Below are positions 57,553 through 64,000 of a DNA stretch of 64,000 bases, piece after piece. Where the stretch lies: sequence record SRR20825006_868. One strand, 5' to 3'. The notes beneath the pieces are model-generated. The model was not told where the DNA came from, ran no database searches, and was given only the letters and a program-made list of their open reading frames with translations. A program made the translations under genes and the position numbers. Every line of letters starts with the position of its first letter. Positions within the stretch are counted from its first letter, which is position 1.

Positions 57553-57738
57553 GTGAAAGCGGTCGCTAAGCATCTAAGAGAACACGATGTCGCACGCATC
57601 AAGCGTGCCGCCAAACTTGGAGCGGCATTGCGCGAAGCCTATGCGGAAGTTCTCGCGGAGCCGTGCCCACAGTCCATGTTGGATCTTTTGGATGAGCTGC
57701 GTGCTCAGGAATCAAAACAGACTAAGCGCAAGGACTGA
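57553..57738 (+). CDS. NepR-like anti-sigma factor domain protein
   Basis: LGAALREAYAEVLAEPCPQSMLDLLDEL resembles the NepR core as recalled; RBS GGAGG. Confidence 0.65.
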   Translation: MKAVAKHLREHDVARIKRAAKLGAALREAYAEVLAEPCPQSMLDLLDELRAQESKQTKRKD

Positions 57739-57750
57739 AGACGCTTGGCC

Positions 57751-57945
57751 TCAGCCAAATTGTTGAGGGATATCTTCCTCGAAAATCAGCCTGTCAGCAC
57801 GATCCAAACGCTGCTTGGCCAAGCACTTGACCGCTTCATAGCGCTTTTGGATATCGTCCGTCGCCAACATTTGTGTTGATGACTGTTCACTCGATTTTTG
57901 CAGCGACTTCAAGGTCCTGTTTAAGAGAGGTAGTCTCCAGACCAT
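57751..57945 (-). CDS. Small hypothetical protein
   Basis: Strong RBS AGGAGG; no recognisable motif. Confidence 0.4.
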   Translation of the reverse strand: MVWRLPLLNRTLKSLQKSSEQSSTQMLATDDIQKRYEAVKCLAKQRLDRADRLIFEEDIPQQFG

Positions 57946-58185
57946 CACCATCCTCCTGCTTCAAGGTTGTTCGTTCGGAACCGAAATTCCACACAACTAC
58001 ACACCTTTTCCGCCTGAGGCTGGAACGTCTATCGCGTCGCCTTTCGCCAAATCGTGACGGAATAAGCCAAGACTACCCCGAAATCCGCCAAGAGGCGAGT
58101 TACTTTTCTATAATTCACTCCACGCGAGATAGAGCGGTCCCTATATGGGCTGCATCTTTTGCTATGGAGCCAAGAGGCCAGTACC

Positions 58186-58662
58186 CTAACGACGACCGGT
58201 CGGATTGTCCGGCGTGGCTTCATTGGTGCGTGGCAGCTGAACCGCCCCGATCGTACCGAAGATCTGCTCCCAGAAGCCAAGCTCTCGGCCGCGAGTTGGC
58301 GTTTCACGCGACGCATAATTCACGATCTGGCCAGCATCCTGATCATATTCGACGACTTCTTCTACTTTGTCGTCTTCACCAAAGCGTATGGCGACAACGC
58401 TGCGAGTTTTCACCTTCGGGTTCAGATACGCAATGCGCTCCTGAAGTTCGGACATGTAGATCCAGGTGTTCTCGTCAAAGATGCTGGTGGTGGAGGGCGA
58501 CCCAAGTTGGGCCAACACGCTGGAGCGAGTATCTTCGCCTGGCTTCATTTCGCGAGGCTGAGCTTCGTCCGCCACATAGCCGTGATAATCGCGCGATGGC
58601 GTCAAGCAAGCTGTAAGGGGCAGAGCCAGTAGTGACAGTGCCAGTATCGCACATCGCGACAT
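58186..58662 (-). CDS. bamE: Outer membrane assembly lipoprotein BamE (OmlA/SmpA)
   Basis: Lipobox LTAC, V...LGSPS, WIY, TPTRGRELGFWEQIFG; divergent from cbp3-plsX. Confidence 0.9.
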   Translation of the reverse strand: MSRCAILALSLLALPLTACLTPSRDYHGYVADEAQPREMKPGEDTRSSVLAQLGSPSTTSIFDENTWIYMSELQERIAYLNPKVKTRSVVAIRFGEDDKVEEVVEYDQDAGQIVNYASRETPTRGRELGFWEQIFGTIGAVQLPRTNEATPDNPTGRR

Positions 58663-58701
58663 AGGACTACTCCTGTTAATTCGTTCTGAAAGACCTAGCT
58701 G

Positions 58702-59289
58702 TTGGTGGCCGGTCTTGGCAAGCGAAGGAGTGCAGGTGTGGTCGGGTTTCGCAATCTCTGGAGTGGGCGGGGGGGCACGGTCCAGGCCTCAGCCCACATG
58801 CTGTACACAGACCTCGCCGCCGCCGCGCTGCAGCCGGTCTTGTACGAGCAAGGTGCGGCGCGGGACACATTCGGGGGCCGTGCTGCGATGATTACGGCAA
58901 ACGCCACATTGGTCATACGGCGTTTGAAGCACATCGACTCGGCCCGCGCACGAAAGATCGCCGAACATGTGAATCGTTTGGCGCTGGATGGATTTGACGC
59001 AGCGTTCCGCGAATTGGGGGTCGGTGATTCGTCTATTGCTCGCAAAGTGCGAAAACTGGCGGAGCTGCACTATGGTCTCGGCAAGGCCTTGATGGAGGCC
59101 TTGAGCGTTCCTCATTCAGAGATCCATCAAACCGTGTCTGAATGTGCCAAACGAAACGGGATAAGCGAACCGGGCCGGGAACCCCTGCTTGCGGCCTTTT
59201 TGTTACACAACGCGACGTGCTTTGCCGCTGCAGCGGACGACGATGTGCTCGCCGGCAAATTGTCCTGGCAGCTGCCGGGTCAAGATTAG
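58702..59289 (+). CDS. Ubiquinol-cytochrome c chaperone (Cbp3 family)
   Basis: DTFGGR, DAAFRELGVGDSSIARKVRKLAE..YG; position between bamE and plsX; start uncertain. Confidence 0.82.
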   Translation: MVAGLGKRRSAGVVGFRNLWSGRGGTVQASAHMLYTDLAAAALQPVLYEQGAARDTFGGRAAMITANATLVIRRLKHIDSARARKIAEHVNRLALDGFDAAFRELGVGDSSIARKVRKLAELHYGLGKALMEALSVPHSEIHQTVSECAKRNGISEPGREPLLAAFLLHNATCFAAAADDDVLAGKLSWQLPGQD

Positions 59290-59381
59290 CCATCGTTCAC
59301 ATCCCCGGCGTTGCCAATGACAGAGGCGCGCCGTAAACACCGAAAAGTATCCCGAACGAACTGGTGGAGCACGGAAGCCCA

Positions 59382-60407
59382 ATGGCCCAAGGCCTAATAC
59401 TGGCAATTGACGCAATGGGGGGCGACCAGGCCCCCGATGTGACGGTCGCGGGCGCAGAGCTCTTTCTTGCAGCGCGTCCGGATGCCTCCGTGCGTCTGCA
59501 TGGTGACGAAGCTCAGCTGAAGCCGCTCCTGTCCAAACCGTCGGAGCGTATCGAAATCGTTCACACCGATCTTCATGTGACCAGCGACATGAAGCCCAGC
59601 CAGGCCCTTCGGCGCGGCAAGGGATCCTCGATGTGGAATGCTATTCATGACGTTAAAGATGGCCACGCGAGCGCTGCAGTTTCGGCGGGCAATACGGGTG
59701 CCTTGATGGCGATCTCCATGCTGGTCCTGCGCAAGATGGATGGCGTGCACCGTCCGGCAATGACAGCGGCGTGGCCGACTCTTCGGGGGCGGAGCGTCGT
59801 GTTGGATGTCGGCGCGAACCTTGAAGCAGACGCGGCACAACTCGTTACCTTCGCGATTATGGGCGAAGCTTATGCACGCGCCATTCTTGGCATCGAGAAG
59901 CCGACCATAGGTATCCTCAATATCGGCTCCGAGGAGATGAAGGGGCATGACGAGATCCGTGAGGCGCACGAATGGTTGCGCAATTCCGGGCTCGACCTTG
60001 CCTACCATGGCTTTATCGAAGGCGATGACATTTCATCGGGTACTGTCGACGTCATCGTGACTGATGGTTTTACCGGAAATGTCGCGCTCAAGGCTGGCGA
60101 AGGCGTTGCCCGAATGTTGGGAACACGCGTGCGTGAAGCGCTGACAAGCAGCGTCCTGTCCAAGATCGGCGCATTGCTCGCCATGGGTGGTTTGAAAGGT
60201 CTGCGAGAGCAGATGAACCCAAGCAATGTAAATGGCGGTGTGCTATTGGGCTTGGGCGGCGTATCAGTCAAAAGTCATGGCGGCACAGACAGTCGAGGCT
60301 TTGCCAGGGCTTGCGAGTTGGCAGCAGATCTCGCGGCAAGTCACTTCAGGGATGAGGTTGCGGCCAATCTCGAGAAAATCAGAACGAAAGGTATGGCGGC
60401 CGAATAG
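59382..60407 (+). CDS. plsX: Phosphate acyltransferase PlsX
   Basis: [43 protein letters not shown]. Confidence 0.97.
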   Translation: MAQGLILAIDAMGGDQAPDVTVAGAELFLAARPDASVRLHGDEAQLKPLLSKPSERIEIVHTDLHVTSDMKPSQALRRGKGSSMWNAIHDVKDGHASAAVSAGNTGALMAISMLVLRKMDGVHRPAMTAAWPTLRGRSVVLDVGANLEADAAQLVTFAIMGEAYARAILGIEKPTIGILNIGSEEMKGHDEIREAHEWLRNSGLDLAYHGFIEGDDISSGTVDVIVTDGFTGNVALKAGEGVARMLGTRVREALTSSVLSKIGALLAMGGLKGLREQMNPSNVNGGVLLGLGGVSVKSHGGTDSRGFARACELAADLAASHFRDEVAANLEKIRTKGMAAE

Positions 60408-60430
60408 GCCGTCCTATTGATAGGCAAGAC

Positions 60431-61402
60431 ATGGCGCGGCGCAGTTTTATCCGTGGAACCGGCAGCTATCTGCCAGAGAAGGTCCTGACAAATGAGGACC
60501 TGTCGAAAATGGTCGAGACGACCGACGACTGGATCGTGGAGCGCACCGGAATTCGACGTCGACATATTGCGGCTGACGGCGAAGTCACGTCCGACATCGC
60601 GGCCGCAGCGGCGAAACGTGCCCTAGAGGCTGCAGGCCTTCAAGCGAGCGATATAGACCTGATCGTGTTGGCCACCACCACGCCCGATCAGACATTCCCC
60701 GCGACTGCCACCGCTGTTCAGGCCAAGCTCGGCATGGATCATGGCGCAGCTTTTGACGTTCAGGCGGTCTGCTCAGGTTTCCTGTTCGCGCTCGCGACCG
60801 CCGATTCCATGCTTAAGCAGGGCCTGTTCAATTCCGCGCTCGTGATTGGAGCTGAAACCTTCACGCGCATTCTGGATTGGTCAGATCGGGGAACTTGCGT
60901 TCTTTTCGGCGACGGCGGCGGTGCGGTCGTGCTGCAAGCTGAGGAGTGGACTGGCGCTGATGATGCCGGGATAATCACACATCATATACGGACCGATGGT
61001 ACGAAATCTGATCTGCTCTATGTAGATGGTGGTGTAAGCTCGACGGGAACGATCGGTCACGTGCGTATGGAAGGAAACAGGGTATTCCGCCATGCTGTCG
61101 CCAACATCTCCTCGGCGATCCAGGCCGTGCTGGATGAAACTGGTCTGAGCTCTGAGCAGATTGACTGGTTTGTTCCTCATCAAGCCAATAAGCGCATTCT
61201 CGACGCCGTGGCGAAACGGATGAAGATTGATGACGAAAAGGTCATCATCACGGTCGACCAGCACGCCAACACATCTGCAGCGTCCATTCCGCTCGCGCTG
61301 GATCATGCCGTTCGCACGGGCCGCGCTAAACCGGGCGACTTGATTCTTTCGGAAGCAATGGGCGGTGGATTTTCCTGGGGTGCGAGCCTTTTCCGCCTCT
61401 AG
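60431..61402 (+). CDS. fabH: Beta-ketoacyl-ACP synthase III
   Basis: [30 protein letters not shown]. Confidence 0.97.
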   Translation: MARRSFIRGTGSYLPEKVLTNEDLSKMVETTDDWIVERTGIRRRHIAADGEVTSDIAAAAAKRALEAAGLQASDIDLIVLATTTPDQTFPATATAVQAKLGMDHGAAFDVQAVCSGFLFALATADSMLKQGLFNSALVIGAETFTRILDWSDRGTCVLFGDGGGAVVLQAEEWTGADDAGIITHHIRTDGTKSDLLYVDGGVSSTGTIGHVRMEGNRVFRHAVANISSAIQAVLDETGLSSEQIDWFVPHQANKRILDAVAKRMKIDDEKVIITVDQHANTSAASIPLALDHAVRTGRAKPGDLILSEAMGGGFSWGASLFRL

Positions 61403-61505
61403 CCTGATCCTCAAAAATCAGCATTATCAAAGAACTGACGCAACGGTTTCGCTAGGGATCCGTTAACGAAACGCGTTTAACCATTAACCAGAGCGGGAGA
61501 ATCCC

Positions 61506-61799
61506 ATGAGCAATCAGACCGTCACCAGGGCAGAAGTCACGGATGCCATCGTCCGCGAAGTCGGTGTGACTCGCCAAGAGTCTTCGGACTTGTTGGACAG
61601 AACGCTGGAATTGATCGGGTCGGCTCTGGAAACTCAGGATGAGGTCAAGCTCTCTCGCTTCGGTAATTTTGTGGTGCGATCAAAAGCGCCACGGGAAGGC
61701 CGCAACCCGAAAACCGGGCAGGAAGCTGTCATCGCCGCGCGCCGCGTCGTCACCTTCCGCCCTTCACCAATGTTGAAATCATTGGTGGACCACAAATAG
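61506..61799 (+). CDS. ihfA: Integration host factor alpha
   Basis: VKLSRFGNF, GRNPKTG, RRVVTFRPS; after fabH. Confidence 0.95.
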   Translation: MSNQTVTRAEVTDAIVREVGVTRQESSDLLDRTLELIGSALETQDEVKLSRFGNFVVRSKAPREGRNPKTGQEAVIAARRVVTFRPSPMLKSLVDHK

Positions 61800-61815
61800 T
61801 CAGGAAGGATCCCTC

Positions 61816-62280
61816 ATGTCGGCAAACCGAGCCCGCGTCACCAAATCAGCTCAGGCATTCCGTTCGATTGGCGAGGCTGCAGGCGAACTTGGGCTCGAGA
61901 CACATGTGATACGATATTGGGAAACCAAATTCACCAAGGATGTCCGTCCGATCAAGCGCGCCGATGGTCGCCGCATGTTCCGTCCGCAGGACCTGGATGC
62001 GCTTCGGGCCATCCAGACTCTCGTGCACGAAAAAGGAATGACGCTCAAAGGTGCCAAGGCATTGCTTGCCGAGCAGGGTGTCCCAGCGGTCCTTTCCGGA
62101 GCAGCAACGCTCGGCACGAGCCCGGCGCGCGAGCTTCAGAAAAGCGTGGCAGACGCGTTCGAAGCTGATGTGGCAGCTGAAGTATCAGGCGATCCCAGAG
62201 AACGCCTTCAGGATACATTGGTCGAACTGAAAGATCTGAAAGCCCGGCTCGACGCGGTTCGCCAGACTCGCGCAGCCTGA
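61816..62280 (+). CDS. MerR family regulator
   Basis: FRSIGEAA..L...HVIRYWE..F; position after ihfA. Confidence 0.9.
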   Translation: MSANRARVTKSAQAFRSIGEAAGELGLETHVIRYWETKFTKDVRPIKRADGRRMFRPQDLDALRAIQTLVHEKGMTLKGAKALLAEQGVPAVLSGAATLGTSPARELQKSVADAFEADVAAEVSGDPRERLQDTLVELKDLKARLDAVRQTRAA

Positions 62281-62333
62281 ACCCACATAAGACATTGCGG
62301 AATATTGGCGGCTTGGGTACAAGCCGCCGGTGT

Positions 62334-62410
62334 CGGAGCGTGGCGCAGCCCGGTAGCGCACTCGCCTGGGGGGCGAGGGGTCGTAGGTTCGAATCCTATC
62401 GCTCCGACCA
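62334..62410 (+). tRNA. tRNA-Pro(GGG)
   Basis: CGGAGCG acceptor stem, anticodon arm CTCGC-CTGGGGG-GCGAG, GTTCGAATC T-loop, encoded CCA. Confidence 0.97.
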
Positions 62411-62415
62411 TTCAC

Positions 62416-62447
62416 CGCCCAATCCAATCCGGAGATTGAATTGGGCG
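62416..62447. terminator. Hairpin between convergent tRNA and ptrB
   Basis: CGCCCAATCCAATC-cgga-GATTGAATTGGGCG. Confidence 0.55.
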
Positions 62448-62471
62448 TGAAGTGGCGGCATCCGGGCCGGA

Positions 62472-64000
62472 CTATTCTTCTTTAAAATCCACACCATCAA
62501 CTTTGCCCATGGCCGCAAGAGCGAAGGCATAATCGAGCGCGATATCCTTCAGGCCTTCGAAGCGACCGGATGCACCGCCATGGCCGCCTTCCATCTCGAT
62601 GCGCAGAAAGTAAGGGCCAGCATCGGGCGCATCGTGGCGCAGGCGTGCAGCCCATTTTGTGGGCTCCCAATAGGTGACACGCGGGTCCGACAGGCCGCCA
62701 GTGATGAGCATGGGCGGATATGGCTTGTCAGCTACATTGTCATATGGGCTATAGGCCATGATCGTGTCGTAATCTTCGGCGGACGTAAGTGGGTTGCCCC
62801 ATTCCGGCCATTCCGGCGGCGTCAGCGGCAGGCTTTCGTCAGACATGGTATTCACAACATCGACAAATGGTACGGCTGCGATAATGCCGCCAAACAGTTC
62901 CGGGTCCATGTTTGCGACCGCGCCCATGAGAAGTCCTCCGGCAGATCCGCCATAGGCAACGATGTTGCCTTCAGACGTGTAGTTTTGATCGACGAGATAA
63001 TGTCCGGCCGCGATGAAATCCTTGAACGTGTTTGATTTCTTTTCGAGCTTGCCGTCGAGATACCATTGATACCCCTTGGACATGCTGCCGCGAGGATGCA
63101 CAATCGCATAGATCACGCCGCGGTCGACAAGGCTGAGTCGGCTGGTGCGGAAATCAGCTGGGTAGGTGATTCCGTATGATCCATATCCATACAGCAACAT
63201 GGGCGCCGAGCCATCAACGGGAGTTGATTTGTGGCGCAGTAGCGTGATCGGCACCTCCACTCCGTCCCATGACGGCGCCATCAATCGCTCGGCAACATAA
63301 TCATCTGGTTTGTGGCCCGATGGCACTTCCTGCGTCTTGCGAAGCGTGCGTTCGTGTGTGTTCAGATCATAGTCGAATACCTGGTCCGGAGTCGTTGGAG
63401 ACGAATATTCAAATCGCAGGATTGGCGTCGCAAAATCATATCCGCTATCGAGGCCCAGCGAATATGCCGCTTCCTCGAAATTGATCCTGTGGCTGGAGCC
63501 GTCCTCACGCGCCCGAATGACAATCTGTGGCAGGCTGTTCTCCCGCTCCATGATGGCGAGAAAGTCCTTTTGGGGTTGTATTCCCAAGATCAAGGTGCCC
63601 GGACGGTGCGGAATTACTTCTTCCCATGCATCGCGACTGGTCGACTCCATCGGGGCACGCATCAATTTGAAGTCCACGGCGCCGTCGAGATTGGTATAGA
63701 TGTAGAACTGACCGTCCCAGTGGACGACATTGTACTCATTGTCGGTTTGGCGCGGCGCGATAATTCGGGGCGCCGGATCTGCCTCGTCGGCGGGGAACCA
63801 GTAAACCTCCGATGTCGTGTGACTGGACGCTCCAATGAAAATAACTTCTTCGCTCGCACTCTTGTTGATGCTGAGAAAGACTCCCGGATCGCTTTCCTCG
63901 TAGACCAGAGTGTCTTCGCCAGTTTTGAGATCTCTCTGCCAAACTGAATCCGGTCTCGCGTTTTCGTCGCGATGGATCCAGTAAATCCGCTTGCCATCGG
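62472..64000 (-). CDS. ptrB: Oligopeptidase B (S9A), 5'-truncated by window
   Basis: YGYGSYG, GGSAGG, DPRV.YWEP.KW, GGHGGASGR; frame stays open from 63677 to window end. Confidence 0.94.
   Translation of the reverse strand, partial: DGKRIYWIHRDENARPDSVWQRDLKTGEDTLVYEESDPGVFLSINKSASEEVIFIGASSHTTSEVYWFPADEADPAPRIIAPRQTDNEYNVVHWDGQFYIYTNLDGAVDFKLMRAPMESTSRDAWEEVIPHRPGTLILGIQPQKDFLAIMERENSLPQIVIRAREDGSSHRINFEEAAYSLGLDSGYDFATPILRFEYSSPTTPDQVFDYDLNTHERTLRKTQEVPSGHKPDDYVAERLMAPSWDGVEVPITLLRHKSTPVDGSAPMLLYGYGSYGITYPADFRTSRLSLVDRGVIYAIVHPRGSMSKGYQWYLDGKLEKKSNTFKDFIAAGHYLVDQNYTSEGNIVAYGGSAGGLLMGAVANMDPELFGGIIAAVPFVDVVNTMSDESLPLTPPEWPEWGNPLTSAEDYDTIMAYSPYDNVADKPYPPMLITGGLSDPRVTYWEPTKWAARLRHDAPDAGPYFLRIEMEGGHGGASGRFEGLKDIALDYAFALAAMGKVDGVDFKEE

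Noticed and set aside
61462-61490. CtrA box upstream of ihfA
   Set aside because: TTAA units are spaced 10 and 3 nt, not 7; at most a TTAACCAT half-site.
62334-62470. tRNA-Pro as an integration site
   Set aside because: Followed directly by a hairpin and ptrB; no duplicated 3' end or integrase seen.
63662-63997. Apparent frameshift or separate ORF upstream of ptrB
   Set aside because: The ptrB frame reads open from the window end to 62472; the track ORF simply starts at an internal codon.
1-64000. CRISPR array, prophage, defence system, rRNA or riboswitch
   Set aside because: No regularly spaced repeats, phage, cas or defence genes recognised; structured RNAs cannot be excluded without a covariance-model search.

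Overview
Alphaproteobacterial chromosome segment; gene content and order resemble Hyphomonadaceae/Caulobacterales (inferred, not verified). Housekeeping anchors sit at both ends: the 3' part of guaA on the left, and bamE, cbp3-like, plsX, fabH, ihfA, merR-like, tRNA-Pro(GGG) and ptrB on the right. Between them is about 57 kb of accessory DNA with no integrase or transposase. Modules: (1) a CC-type ArsR, an operator palindrome, a lipoprotein and a porin; (2) an iron module with Fur-like boxes (EF-hand lipoprotein, DUF4198, ApbE-DUF2271 fusion, TonB-ExbBDD, TonB receptor); (3) tex; (4) a roughly 27 kb catabolic block (13.5-40.4 kb) tied together by six copies of a LysR-type palindrome, GGTGC-N7-GCACC. 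Block 4 encodes a TonB receptor, a FoxB-like PepSY protein, an exported NylC-like Ntn amidase, a NylB-like serine hydrolase, two propeller-amidohydrolases, a POT transporter, a PaiB protein, an SpuC-like transaminase, GabD, Ald, a CoA-transferase and GcdH. It is the best candidate for an undescribed system: uptake and breakdown of diamine/dicarboxylate oligoamides, possibly ferrioxamine-type siderophores. A decayed, synonymously diverged second copy of the arsR 3' half at about 41.3 kb brackets a 40 kb insertion. Further right are otsA and a small gene with twin EcfG-like promoters, a LacI-controlled sucrose/fructoside locus with a clan GH-J enzyme, two GT2 genes and an orphan NepR-like gene. 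All family calls come from motif recognition by eye; no searches were run.
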